The notes under the pieces are model-generated. The model had not been told where the DNA came from. It saw only the letters and a program-made list of their open reading frames with translations, and searched no databases. From assembly GCF_018977255.1 (NCBI RefSeq), contig NW_024704743.1, positions 59,150,001 through 59,214,000 on the forward strand: DNA of 64,000 nt. The letters run 5' to 3'. This document shows, piece by piece, positions 25,324 to 38,988 of the stretch. Numbering within the stretch: position 1 is the first letter of the stretch; every line of letters starts with the position of its first letter. Made by a program: the position numbers and the translations under genes. The stretch is from Callorhinchus milii. Lineage: Eukaryota.

Positions 25324-26044
25324 CTGTAAAACAAAATGCAAAAACAATTACCATATTGGTTGGATCAGGGCAGCTTTTTTCTAAAGTAGTGATGCACAGA
25401 AACTTGGACGATTACAAATAAACTCTAATTTGCGATACTGAGATGAAAACTGAATGTGTATCAAGGCACAGTTTTAATTCAATCTAAGAATAGAAAACCA
25501 ATGAAACTAATAATATTTGATATGGGATATCAAGCCATAGTTTAATAGTTTAGCTCAATCCGTGAGGAAGATATGAGAAAACAAAAGAATAAGCACAAAT
25601 AACAAAATATTTTTATGAAAAGGTGTGCACTATTGAGAAAATCTAAACCAGCTATACTATGATCATAAAGAACAAAGGGAGAAGTCACCTGGTAGTTGGG
25701 ACATGACTCCAAAATAACCACAAGAGATGAAAAGAATGAAAATGAAATAAACTTGCTGTCATGGTTCACAGTTGAAAAATGGTCATTGGTAAGTACCAGA
25801 AGGAACCTGATAACAGTGGAAAAGTTCAGACCGCTGAAGGTGGACATTTTAGGACATTCAATGAATTGAATTTGTGCAGCTCTTATGAATCTAGCAAAAA
25901 TAAATTTATGGAAATGTTAAAAAAGTAGCCGCGATCCTTCGGTTGGGAGTGTTTTAGTTTAGGGAGGCATTCGTTTGGAAAGCACGCAAGTGTGTGGTTC
26001 TTAGCAAAGGATATTGCTGGGGCTCAAACTTAATGGGACATCTT

Positions 26045-26312
26045 AATCCTCGCATTTGATATTGCGCCTTATCACATCTTCAAGATGTCTCAAAGCACTT
26101 CACACAATGTACTGTAAAGTGAATTGACTGTATATTTTGTGGGCAAAACGCAGCAGCCAATTGCACACAGCAGGTTCCACAAACAATCATGGATTGATTG
26201 ACCTTTAAAAAGGGATTATTACCCCTTGAAAAGTGATCTGCGAATTGACTAACAACTGGGTTCCTACTTACTGCTAGGTAAACAGAAGCATGTGGAGTAA
26301 GGAAATTTGCCC
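26045..26312 (-). mobile_element. SINE, long subfamily, partial
   Basis: Tail, core and extra CTGTTTACCTAGCAGTAAGTAGGAACCC block. Confidence 0.8.
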
Positions 26313-26795
26313 AACTTAACCCACTTAAAATAAAACTGTAAATCATTATTAATTAATATACTATCCCAAATTATATCGATCAGGGTTAAAATTATGGATC
26401 TTAGGAAGTTTAATAAATAGCTGCAGAGCACTGAATGGAAAAGTAATGGAACTTCTCTTAATCAGCTCCATTAATGCCAAGATTATCTAGCAGAAAATTA
26501 AGTGATTAAAAGTAAAATTATTAAACCATAATGAGAAACTCAGCCAGCTAGCACAGACATGACAGTGTAAAAGGCCTTCTTCTGTGTTGTAAATTTCTAT
26601 GGCTTAAATGGTCATTAAAACAAACAGTGCGAAGAATTTAACATTTATTCCTATGTGGTTGATTAAATGGGTCAATAAAATACACCCCATGCTGAAAATA
26701 TTCTGGATTTAGCACAATTGAGCTATGATGCCTGGAGTTTATTGATTTTACCTGGATTATAAATCATTACAAATTATAGCCTCTAACCAACTTAC

Positions 26796-26925
26796 TTGAA
26801 CCAGCTGAGCATGTGACCAGCGTGACCTCCATGGCGACAGTTTTGGCACCAGGTAAACCAGTTGTTGAATTGAGCCAATTTTTTATCTTTGCTGAGGTCG
26901 ACCTTTTCGTCAGACTTCCCAGTTC
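26796..26925 (-). CDS. MIOS: MIOS coding exon 9
   Basis: (G)[51 protein letters not shown]; phase 1/2. Confidence 0.95.
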
Positions 26926-28253
26926 CTAATACAATAGAAGACATTCAAAATAAACCAGGTGAAAGGTATTGTGGAAACCGACTTTCAGATCTATTATAAC
27001 AACAATAAATAACTTATACCTAAATATCATTATAAGGCAAAGCTTTAAAAGTACTGCTCTGGTTGCTCTTCACCCTTCCACCTCACCATTTTTCATTCAA
27101 AACATGAAGGCAACTAGATTTGGCAAAATTGTTCATACGCATCTTTGTATGTGTTTATGCACACATGATATATTAACTAAATATCATTGTCTTAAATATT
27201 CTTTTTCCCCCTTATTTATGTTTGTTATTAAAAGCCACAGTTTATAAAATATACAAAGCTTTATTTTTAATATTGTTTTATAAGAAAGGGAAGATCGGTT
27301 TTCATGAAGGGTCTGACGATTTATTTTGTTTGGGTGCAACCACACGAATGATGTCAAAACACACTAGAACTGTGTGGCTTCACTGTAAGAAACAAGGATG
27401 TTCATTGAACTAGTTTGCAAACATTTTCATGTAGGTCTGATGATTGTTTGTGATATTTGTTTAATCAAATAGAGAAAATCAATACAGAGCAATAACAGAT
27501 GTATCATCACATCTACAATGCTAAATCCAATAGCATAGACTACTTATAATTAAATGAAGTTTAAAAAGAGTGTCTTAAAGTCAAATCAAGGTGATGTAGA
27601 AATGGATGCATTAAAGGATATGAGAGATAGAGCAGTGCAACAATATTCAATGGCTCTTTCTTATTCCATTTTCTTATTTTGCAAAATACCACAGCAGTTT
27701 ATTAAACTGTTGTTGAATTTTTATTTTAGATATCATGTTCAAATAATAAATAAGTAATTTAATAATGCATTTTACATAGACGTCTCAAAGTGCTTCACAG
27801 AAATGACTGTAAAGTATAACGACTATTTTGTAGGTAAAACATTTTTTTTAGCAGTGGAGAAGGAAAATACATCAAAACATAACAGTACAAGATCTGGTGA
27901 CTGTTAAACAGCAGTCCCATAGCAAGACAAAATCATAAATCATACAAGTGAATCTTTTGTAGTTTATCAATGTCACCTCAGTTAGATACATCAAGCATAC
28001 TAAAACTTATGTTATTTATAATATCCACCTGTGGAGTTGACAGGTGGTTATCCATTCTGCTATTGGGTATGCTGGAGGTCAGCTATGATGAGAGTTGTCG
28101 TGCTAATGTTTTATTTTGCTGTATGTTAACAGCAGTAATATTATACGCATTAGTAAACAGTAAGGTAGAACAGCCTATCAGTATTTTCAGTATTATTCTT
28201 ACATTGTTCATTTGAATTGAATATTTCTTTCTTCAAGCATTTCCTCTCCAGCT

Positions 28254-28574
28254 ATAATAATAATAATAATCCTTGCATTTGGTATAGTGCTTTTCACGTC
28301 GCGAGGACGTCCCAAAGCACTTCACAGAACACATTGTAAAGTGAATTGACTGTATATTTGTGGGCGAACGCGGCAGCCAATTGCGCACAGCAATGTCCCA
28401 CAAACAGTCGTAGATTGAAAATGACCAATTTATTATTGTTTTTGTTTGGAGGGATTATTATTAGGCTCTGTGTGGAGTAAGGAAACTTGCCCAAGGTTTC
28501 GCCCTCTGCCTGGAATTGAACTCAGGTCTCTCGCTTGCAAAGCGAGTGCTCTAACCACTGAGCTACAGGACTCC
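28254..28574 (-). mobile_element. Full-length young SINE
   Basis: Reverse complement of the 6456-6773 type. Confidence 0.92.
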
Positions 28575-28802
28575 ACAAATATAGCTATGCAATATAATTC
28601 CTTGGCCAGACAGAAGACCAGGAGAGCAGGCTTTGAACTCCTCCATACTTTACAATAAGACACATTTGCACCAAGATTTTCAAGGACCAAGATAATTATC
28701 ACTGGTATTTTTGACAAACATTGGGTCAGAGGAGCCATGACTTTTGATTTCTACATCAAGAAAACTGTTGGAATAGGACTTGGTAACATGAAGAGGACTT
28801 AC

Positions 28803-29007
28803 CTAGACAGCTTGAAACCGGTGTTCCCATATTGATGAGACAGAGGGCACAACGGGGTAGAGGCTTTCGACAACCTGGACAACTTGTGACCTTTGATTTG
28901 GTTGGGGAGCCACTAACACCGTATTGACTAAAACTTCGTCCCTGGTGTGGTATAGAAGAGCAGCTATACGATATGGTTTTTCCACAAAAGTTGCAACTCA
29001 CAAACAC
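28803..29007 (-). CDS. MIOS: MIOS coding exon 8 (zinc-binding region)
   Basis: [16 protein letters not shown]...[35 protein letters not shown]. Confidence 0.95.
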
Positions 29008-29339
29008 CTGTAAAATAGGGCATTACCCAATGGTAAATAAAAAAATCACTGCTTTAATTTCCTAACACAGATTACCTGGCAGTCAACACTAAGATACTGC
29101 TGGAATGCGTTCCAGAAGATAAAAGTTATGTAACTGTATACTAATCTTTTCTAAGATTAGAACTACTCTCACATTTCTTTGGATTAAACCAGATGGTTTC
29201 ACAAAAATTTCACTTGGCCCAGTCATGTTTGGCTTTTAGCCTTGATCTAATCATTACAAGCAGGCTCATGGCGAAAGTATGGTGAAGACTTAACTTCAAG
29301 AAAACTTGTTAAATTTCATGTACTTTATAGCTTGCTATG

Positions 29340-30740
29340 AGAAACAACAACATGCATTTATATAGCACACTTCATACAGGATAGAGTCTCAGAGCACTTA
29401 ACAGTGGTGGAGCTGGACACTGAACCGGCAGGAGAGGGGAGATGATCGTAGGCATGATCAAAGAGGAAGGTTTTAGACGAGATCTAAAGACAGGCAATGA
29501 GGGGGCAAGGTGGAGGGATTGAGGCAGAGTTCAAGAGTTTGGGGGCACGGTGGCTGAAAGTATGGTCCCCAATGGTGGAGGAAGGGATGATGGACGTGCA
29601 GAAGGCTGAAGCTGGCTAAGCAAAGGGGTCAGAAGAGGACTAGATCAGAGAGGTGCCAGAGCACGAAATAATTTGTAAGCAAGTGTGAGGACTTTGAAAT
29701 CAATCAGGTGGTGGAGCCTAGCAAGAACTGGATGATGGGGGCACAGAGTTTGGTACAGGTAAGGATATGGGTGGCAGCATTTTGAAGCAATTGGATTTTA
29801 TGAGTGGTGGAGCTGGGAGACCGGTGAGGAGGGCAATAAAAAAAATCGAGGCTGGCGGTGACAAACGCATGGATACGAGTTTTCTTTTTGCTAGGTGCGA
29901 GTTATGGAGACAGGCGATGTAACAAAGCTGGAGGAAAGGGGTCCTGGTCAGGGACTGGATGTGGGGAAGGAAGGACACCTAGGTTACAGATGGGTTCAGT
30001 GATTCTGAAGAATAGGTCAGGGAAGTTAAGGAGGTTGGAGCCATAGGTGAGATGATGTTGACGGAAGTCAAGGAGGATGACTTCCATCTTGTCAAAATTC
30101 AGCTGCAGAAAGTTGGCACTCTTCCAGGCCTTGATGTCTGATAAGCAAGAGAACAGAACATCAGTGTACTTAGAGTTGCAGCTAGAGGAGGAAATATAGA
30201 TTTGGGTGTCACCCGCATAACTTGTGAAAGTTGTTTGCTTGTCTGCAGATGTTATCAACGTTTTGAGGGGTAGCAGGATTGTTCCAGCAGAAAGGGACAG
30301 GTTGATCTGCCAGTAGGGGAGAGAAGTGTCAGTTGGGTAGGGCTGCATGGAGAGGGGATGGATCCAGCAGCTGGATGGGGAGGGGGAATGGATCGAGGGA
30401 GCAGGTGGTAGGTTTCATCTGATTGATAAGGATTTTGAGGGAGGAGGTAGAATTGGAGGCAAAGGAGTGTAGGGAGGGAGCAGTGATTGGGGCAGTCAAA
30501 GAGGAATTAAGGGTTCTAGAAGACATGGGCAGAGGGATGGAGATCAGGGGGAGGGGGGAATAAAAGGAAGCAGCCAAGTGGATGTGGTCCATTTTCGATG
30601 CCAAGAACTCCAGGATCACTTCGCATTTGGTATCCAAGGTGAGGATGGACAGTGCTTGGGGGAGGAGAGTGGGGTGAATATGTGATGGAAAACAGGAGTT
30701 TGGGATCGTTTTTGGCCTCCAGGATAGTGTTGGAGAGAGG
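29340..30740 (-). mobile_element. L2 fragment in MIOS intron
   Basis: TTCSLDPFP, YAGDTQIY, FLQLNFDKME motifs; tail at ~29340-29400. Confidence 0.8.
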
Positions 30741-32621
30741 TGGTAGGTTTGGAGATGTTCAGTTATCCAAATAGAGTTCCATGCATGCCATCTACACACA
30801 GAAATTCCTGTGTTTGGAAGGGAACACACCTCCTGCTTACCCAATTCCAGACAGCATCACAAAAGCCAAGGCTTAGGGACCACAGAGTGTGCAATAGAGT
30901 ACTGCTGGAGTTTAACCAGTTAAAACTGCATAGCGTGCCATTGAGAGCACTGTCTCACAAGCTTTCTGTTGCTTGCCCAGCTAGGATCACCCTATCCACT
31001 AGGGCTTAGGTTGCATGGTTGCAAGCTAACTGGAGCTGTGTAGGAAAAATCCCTGCCCCTCCAAGTCCTAACGATTTAATAAGTTTGATTTAGGATACTA
31101 TCAGGAGCAAAATGCTTCATTTACATTTTAAATAAAATCTGCTTATTGAACTTTTTTTTACTCAACTTAAATGTATTTGCACATTTTAATAAATTAGCAT
31201 AAAGCATCCATGAAATATGTTTTTAAATATATCCTGATCAAAACATGTGTGTATTTCCAATGATTGATATAACATTCCTAGCAAAAATATACAAAATATT
31301 TTCTTTGAATTACAAAATTACGATATTTCTCAGTATTTGCCCTTGTTCTTCAAAAGCCCCTCACCAACTTTGTAAGAAAATTGACCTTTTTCTAAACCTT
31401 CCAACCAATTGCCATTAAATATTCAAACTACAGCATGAAATGTTCAAAGGCAGACATGCTCCAATGTGGAACAGCAAGGAGACATGTTACTCCTATGCCA
31501 TCTTTTGGTAAAAATGTTAATTACATAAGACCTAATACAATCCCCAATGATTCAAAGCAATAACCATATCAGTGATGGAGATGGCATCAGATGTTTTACT
31601 GTCTTTGAACAATTTCATTATATATATATATAACCCTGGTATCTGTAATTCAAATAAAGGCAGCGAGTGCAGTAGCAGTTCCAATTGCAGCATTCAACAG
31701 ATTCAAAGTGATGTTAAAACCAATTCAAATATCCTCTTTTTCGACTTCCAATGAGTGTACAAGTGAACTTATTTGCATACTATCCACTTTCATCTTAGGA
31801 TTTTTGAAAGTCCTGATTTGTTATAATGGCAGTCTAAAAATGTTATGGTATCTTGCAGAAAAAAAGAGATTAAGCAGGTCTTTTGAAGGAAGTTTTCATC
31901 ATGAACCATAGAATCTTATTTCATCCTTCTTTCACAATAATTATTGGACTTCATAAAAACTAAACCCCCTCCATGGACTAAATACGAAAACCGTATTACC
32001 ATTGAATATTCAATAAGGTAGTATCTTGTCAAAATAGAACCAACATTCAGTACAAGAAAATGTCACTAATTTTTAAACCTTACCACTTAAAAAGCCAATG
32101 TCTAGGTATATTCATTTAAGGGAGAATCATTGTTTTGTTTATCCTTCATCAAATTATTTATTTTCAATACAGAATTAGATGGTAAATATGTTGTTAGGTG
32201 TAGATTAAAAGCATTAACAATCCCTTCCATAACTAATAATTCTAAATATTTTTAATTTGGGAGAAAGTTTTATGAACACGCATAAAACATTAGGGTCCAT
32301 AAAACTTTTCGAGAATTATAATGACTATGATTTGAGAAAGGAAATACAGAGTTATACTAGATGAAGTAATAAGCATGCCTTTGGATTCAGTGAATCAGAC
32401 GTGTACGTTTCATTGGTTTTGGAAATCAGTTTATAATTACATCCCTGAATAGCCCACCAGCACGGTCAGTCTTCACACCAGGATTTCTCCTCATACTGAT
32501 GATGGCAATCAACTGAAAAAAGTTACCATTTGGTTGAAGTTCTTTTTTTAAAAAAAAACACATGGTCTTACTTTTATTTCAACTAACATGAGTTGTGTTG
32601 TTGAAGAAAAAGGCATTTTAC

Positions 32622-32774
32622 CTGTGCAAGAGGTTTTGAACTTGGGTCCAATTTACTCCTATGGATGTCAAATTCTGCCCTTTTATGCCAAAATCTCCAT
32701 GCATCCAGTAAGTTCCTATAGTTCTCAATCCAATACTGCACCCGGGGATCTTTAACAACATCATTTGGAGATCC
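32622..32774 (-). CDS. MIOS: MIOS coding exon 7
   Basis: [60 protein letters not shown]. Confidence 0.95.
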
Positions 32775-33502
32775 CTGAGGATGTTAAACATACCAATAAG
32801 TTATTTTTAAACATTATTCACAAAGCACATATTTCAACTATGGCGTGTGACAAGTCTGTGACAATGGGTTCTATATTTAACTTGCAAAGCTTGTCTGACA
32901 GTCAGGGATAAAAGGTGCTCATTTTTTTAATTTGAAAAATGTTGAACAAAAATGTGGTGAGTTAACATCATTGCTGATTCACCAAACAATGGATTTTTAA
33001 AAAATCCTCTCAAACTCCCATAATGTTGAACTCTATTAGAACTCTTCTGCTCCAGTGAATACAACTCTATTTGTAAAAGAAACCCTTTCATCAATGCTAT
33101 AACCTTTCATCCCCAATAAGATCTGTGAGTCGATGCTGCAACCTCTCTATGGCTTGATAGCCTTTTAATAAATAGGTCTATAATAGTACCAGAGGAAGCA
33201 AATAGCAAGTCTTGGCTACAGCTTTTAATGCTTCATCCCAAACCCATAGGAACTCTGCTTCAATGTGATCGTTATTTGTGACGCAGCAAACCTATTTGTG
33301 ACTTAGATTACCAACATCACGTTAGATCCCCACTACCACAATGTAATATACAACATGCTGTAATATGCATTTTTAAAAATGTCTGAGAATGACCCAGGGA
33401 AGTTGTCTGCTTGGTTAAGTGGTTTGTAGTGGACAGACTGTCAACCCATCATGAACTAGCATCAATGGTGAATTAGAAACCTATCTGTAACTATTTTAAA
33501 TT

Positions 33503-33861
33503 ATAATAATAATCCTTGCATTTGATATAGCACTTTTCACATCTTCTCGAAGTCTCAAAGCACTTCGCAGAATATACTGTAAACTGAATTGAATATATTT
33601 GTGGGCGAAATGCGGCAGCCAATTGCACACAGCAGTGTCCCACAAACAGTTATGGATTGAGTGACCACATTTTTTTTTGATGTATTATTATCCCTGGAAA
33701 AACAATCTGCCAATCGACTAACAACCGGGTTCCTATTTACTGCTAGGTAAACAGAAGCGAGTGGAGTAAGGAAACTTGCTCAACATTTCGCCTTCCCAGG
33801 AATAGAACCCAGGTCTCTCGCTTGCGAGGCAAGTGCTCTAACCACTAAGTTACAGGACTCC
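33503..33861 (-). mobile_element. Full-length SINE, long subfamily
   Basis: tRNA head, extra internal block, core, tail; AAATTAT on both flanks may be a TSD. Confidence 0.88.
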
Positions 33862-34206
33862 AAATTATTATCTATTATTATAAATTATCTATTATTACCA
33901 TTTTATACATCCCTTCTGATTTACATCCCTATTTTCTCAAGGGAGACAGAACTGTAGACTTGTGCTGTTCCACATCAGCTAATACTTAGTAGTAAACTCT
34001 CTCCTCACCACCCACCCCCGAAACGAGCTTTCACCAGGACCTATGCTGTTTGAGCTAACAACCCTTCCCTATGGGCGAGAAGAAGAAAATGATGTTTGAA
34101 TGTAGGCCAAAGCTGGAATTTCAAATCAATAGATAGAACCAACACGTCACCTCTCGTGGAGTCTCACTCTTGATCCATAGTTAATGTTAATTTTTGTTCA
34201 ACCTAC

Positions 34207-34365
34207 CTGTAACATACAGAAGCTTGCCGTTTGCACATCACCTGTTCTGTCCACATAGCTCTCCATTAAGTCAACGCCATCTTTTGTCAAGCCTGTTAAC
34301 AGGATCCCCTCCAGATTTCCAGCTTCTTTCATTTCATTCGTGAGCTTCTCAATATAACGAAGCAG
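34207..34365 (-). CDS. MIOS: MIOS coding exon 6
   Basis: [62 protein letters not shown]. Confidence 0.95.
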
Positions 34366-34559
34366 CTATGTAGTGGATAATTTACATTTTTATTATTAGT
34401 TAATAATTTGGCATAAATTCCATTTATAAGAATATTTTAACAAAATGTAAAATTTTCCCATACATAAATTAAACTGTTGGATTAACATTGTTGCCCAGCG
34501 ACCCATTTACCTAGTTAATCGCTACCTCACATTGTTGAGATATGGTGAGCAATAGTCAA

Positions 34560-35330
34560 CCAAAGGTGGGCAGGGTAAGTGCAGTGGTAGGAGCTGTGGT
34601 GGAAAGAGTGGCTGATGAAGGCATGGGTGCAGTGCTAAAGGGACACAGGGAAGGAAGGAGACATTGTCTATCTTAGAGACAAAGACGTCCAGGGTCTATT
34701 CGCACTTGGCATTTGAAGCGAAGATAGAGGGTGACTGAAGGGGCGAGCGGAGGAGGTGACAAGTAGTGGAGAACGGGTGGGTTTGAAGACGGCCCTGGAT
34801 TGTAGGGTGACAAGGGAACTGAAGGTAGAAGAGACACGATTGTTTAGCAGCTTGATGACTGCAGCAGAGTCACTGTAGGTGGAAGGCCAGAGGGAGAAAA
34901 GGTCCGAGGATGAGACGGCATTTGTGAGATACTCGGGAGGAAACTTTATCCAGGGACAGAAAGAGATGGTGGAGGGCTTGGTGAAGGGGAGGGGGGTGAG
35001 AAAGTGGTCAGAGATGTCCAAGATGGAGAGCTCAGAGATGACAAGGTCATGGGTGATGTCGAGATCGAGGGGAATGACCACGGTTGTGGGACAGAGAGTT
35101 TATGTGGAGGGAGATGATTAGGAAGGTGAGGATGGCACTGAAGTCAGAAGAGATAGGTCAGGAGTTAAGATGGGTTGAAATCACCCATGATGAGCAGGCT
35201 CTCAGTACTGAAGTAGAGGGATGAGAGGACATATCTGAGAAGAAGGAGCCAGGTGGGTTTTGGTGGGGCAGGGAGAGGGAGTAGACTAGGAGGATTTTGA
35301 AGGAAAGAAAGGAGAGGTGCTCAGAGGGGA
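34560..35330 (-). mobile_element. L2 endonuclease-region fragment
   Basis: LDLDIT..., ISDHFL motifs and a GDFN-encoding segment. Confidence 0.65.
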
Positions 35331-35583
35331 AGGAGGCAGAGGATTAGGGGGATAAGATGAGGTTTGGGAGATGAGAGCCACCCCAACCCACTGCAACATT
35401 TCAGAGTGAGAAGAATCTCTGCTCCTGGAGATTGCTCTACCCACAAGTCAAGCCAATGAGCCAAATGGGCTGGTATGTGATTATCAGTTTCCTGGAGTAC
35501 TGCGGACTTCACATCCAGGTCAGGAGCTGAGACCGCTACAGAGGAAAAACTCAATTTAACATTCTGTTGCCATGCACATAATC

Positions 35584-35691
35584 TTGAAGATCGATGGGAA
35601 TGGCTTGCAGATTTGTTTCTCGGACTACGGGACGATTGAGAAGGTGGATGTAATCTGCGACCGCGATACTGGCAAGAAGCGTAGCTTCACC
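35584..35691 (+). pseudogene. hnRNP A/B-family RRM gene fragment
   Basis: LKIDGNGLQICFSDYGTIEKVDVICDRDTGKKRSFT resembles RRM2 of hnRNP A0/A1/A2/A3 (FxxYGxIExxxIxxDRxSGKKRGF). Confidence 0.65.
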
Positions 35692-36335
35692 TGGAGTCAG
35701 CTCAGCTCCGAGCCTTGCCTCCCCCACTCCCCGGTAGGATAGTATCCATAGTCATTTAACTAAATTCTGGGGATTATTCATCTTCAGCATCCAAGACGTA
35801 TATTGATAAAAATACATAATAAATATATACACACACACACACACACTCTCCTGTTATAAGGGGGTAGCTGAGGTCCATAAAACACCAACCTGCCTTATAA
35901 TAGGGCTTGGACAGGCAGTCAGCATTTCTGCATTTACTTCACATGGCTGGCCACCATCTGTACTAAAAGTGGCCAATATCATCAGGTCACTGACATCATT
36001 ACATTCCACTTTGTGCAGAAAACAGGAAGTGAAACTGTGGTAACCGACTCAGAAATCATCTATTTCTGTTTTCATCTTTAAAACAGAAACTGCCAGTGCG
36101 CTCCATGGGTGTTGGCAAGTTACACACATGTACAGTAAATCCCTCCATCAAGTCTCTTTATAATTCAGGGTTAGGATTTTAATCCCAAATAAATAAGGCT
36201 GTATAGCTAGTAACACCCATATAGAATTAAGAATTTCCATTCCCGCCAGTTACGTTCTCCCTTGAACTATCATGTTTGACTTTATACAGAGTAAATTTCA
36301 AAACATTTTAAGTTCACATTATTTGCTGCACTCAC

Positions 36336-36401
36336 CTGGGTATCATTTAGAAACATGTTAGCGAAGGCAACTCGGTCACGTACAGCTACATTGCTCTCAA
36401 A
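36336..36401 (-). CDS. MIOS: MIOS coding exon 5
   Basis: FESNVAVRDRVAFANMFLNDTQ; TAG/GTGAGT; 66 nt. Confidence 0.93.
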
Positions 36402-37016
36402 CTATAGACATGGATTTTAAAAAAATGGCATTACCATTTTGCAACAAAATTGGTTGACAAATCATATATTAAGAACGGTAAAACTCACATACGTTGTATC
36501 AGGCGTGACCATAACTGCACAAAGTCCAAATTGCAGACAAACTATAAATTGTAGAAAATCCGTTTTAATCAATAACCTACTCTGCACATGCATAATTTAA
36601 TGCAGCTGGTAAGTGTGCATGCAGTCGTATGTCACTGTAGCCAGTGAGTGCATATGCAGTGACAGGTCAACACTACATTTTGTGCAATTCAACGAGTCTT
36701 GACCCATCACTGCATTCACACGTTACGGCAAGCATTGGAATCACATTGAATCGCGGGAAATTAAGTTTTTCTACAAATGCATCAATGAATCAAAACTGTT
36801 TCCCACGATTCAATGCCGGTAAATGTGCGAATAATGGATGGAGGGTAGGGGAGCGGCATTACAATTTAGAAAGTGATTAATACGAGTAGTATAAAGAAAT
36901 CTAAAAGATTTTGATAGGAAACTGAATGGGACTCAGGCGATTATACGATTTATAAGGATAAGACATATGCGAGTTTTACTGTATAAACTCGCACTTCTGG
37001 GCAAAAGAAAACTTAC

Positions 37017-37186
37017 CAGTACACCATCGTAAGCCCCTGGTTCACTTGTTAGAAAGGCAAACATGACACACAGATAAGGGTTATTTAGCTGCAGCCTCAG
37101 AGTGCTACACATTTCTCGCCATAGAGAATTCTTCTCATCTGTGTAGCCTGACAGTGCCATGGCTACAACATTCAGGTTCAAATCTC
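37017..37186 (-). CDS. MIOS: MIOS coding exon 4
   Basis: (G)[26 protein letters not shown]...GAYDGVL; AG/GTAAGT. Confidence 0.95.
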
Positions 37187-38629
37187 CTGCAATTGACAAA
37201 GGTTTGTTATTAAGCAATGGATGTATTCTTTCATTTTTTTAAAAAAAGAAAACTCCACAATATTCTTGAATATTCATTATCCTGACTTATATTTTCTCGC
37301 CAATGCAAATTCACCCCAAAATTTGAATGAACTGGATACTCATTTGATCGCTATTTGTGGGTTGCTGCTGGTGCAAAATAGCTGCCTACACAAGATTCAC
37401 TTCACTTCAAAATAACCTCGTATAACACTTTAAGACATTTCTTTTACCTGAAAGGCTATATATAAATGCAAATTGTTTTAGCACTGAGCCGTGTAAACTG
37501 AGTGGAGAAGGCACTCCCAAAATGTAGGTCATTCCCCACGCACACAGCAGTATAGGTTTCAGGTGAATACAATACAATTTATATTTTTATAGCCCCTTTC
37601 ATATCAGGCGGACGGATCAAAGCACTGCATACAAAGGCACAGCATTTTACAGCCTGACCTTGTAGGGTTTATTTAAGGTTCTGTGAAGGACACTCATTTT
37701 GTTTGTTTTAATGCTAATTTTGCATTTTAGAATATTTAAGCCTGTGTTTACCTAGCAGTAAGTAATATCAACCTCATCCCCTTCCTCCGAAGGGATTACA
37801 CGTTCGATGCTAACAACAGGTGTACTTGAAACAAAGCATTGGAATCAAGGTTTATTACAAAATTATAGGTGATCAGTTCTACACAACTGTAAGGAGATGC
37901 AGTCGGATTCTCTGACGATTCTGCTTTCAATGATTGTTGGAAAATTCCCCTCCTAATATGTTTAATGCATGTTTACTACAAAAGCCTAAGAACCTAATAA
38001 TCATAGAATTATACAGCACAGAAGGAAGCCATTCGGCCCTTCGTGTCTGCGCCAGCTCTGTGAAAAGAGCTATTCAAATCAATCCCACTCCACCGCTCTC
38101 TCCCCATAGCCCTACAAACTTGTCCTCCCCAAGTTATATAATAATAAATAATAATCCTTGCATTTGTCAACCTTATCCCCTTCCTTCGAAGGGATTACAC
38201 GTTCGATACTAAACAACAGGTATACTTGAAACAAAGCAAAGGAATCAAGGTTTATTACAAAGTTATAGGTGACCAACTATAAGAAGATGCAGTCGGATCC
38301 CCTCCCCAAGTTATATAATAATAAATAATATGCCTTGAAAGAATGAAAACATTCTTTCAAGGTACTGAAGTTACTGAGATCAATGTCTAGGCTTTTTGCC
38401 AAGGACATCTTTATCTTTCCTTTGAGCTCTGTTGTCAAAGATGTTAGTTTCTCACATTTGATGTTAGCTTCTCTACTTTCACACTCTATGAAGCACACAT
38501 TCCTGTGATAAGAGATTCTGATTACAGTAGAATGGTTCAGTAATAGAAGCAATATTAAATTTATCTGTGTGGTCCTCTGGGTTTCTGTGTTAATACTGTG
38601 GCTAACTGTTGCATTACTACTCTCAGAAA

Positions 38630-38784
38630 AACTATTTGCCAATTGACTAACAACCTACTTACTGCTAGGTAAACAGATGCGTGTGTAGAAAGGAAACTTG
38701 CCCAATGTTTCGCCCTGCTGGCAATCGAACCCAGGTCCTCTCACTTGCGAAGCAAGTGCTCTAACCACTGAGCTACAGGACTCT
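38630..38784 (-). mobile_element. SINE 5' half, long subfamily
   Basis: GAGTCCTGTAGCTCAGTGGTTAGAGC head on minus strand. Confidence 0.8.
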
Positions 38785-38988
38785 AGTCTCATAACATTAA
38801 ATAAAGCATTTGTAATGTTGAAGCATATCAAAGATCTTCACAGGTAATTGCTGTCAAGAGTAGTGACTGTGTGATTGCAGGCAATGAGCACACAGCAGGC
38901 CCACAAACAGCCATGACATGAACGCCCAATTTATGCACAGTAATCACTTAACTAAAAAGTCACAAAAAAAATCAGATCTGCCACATAC

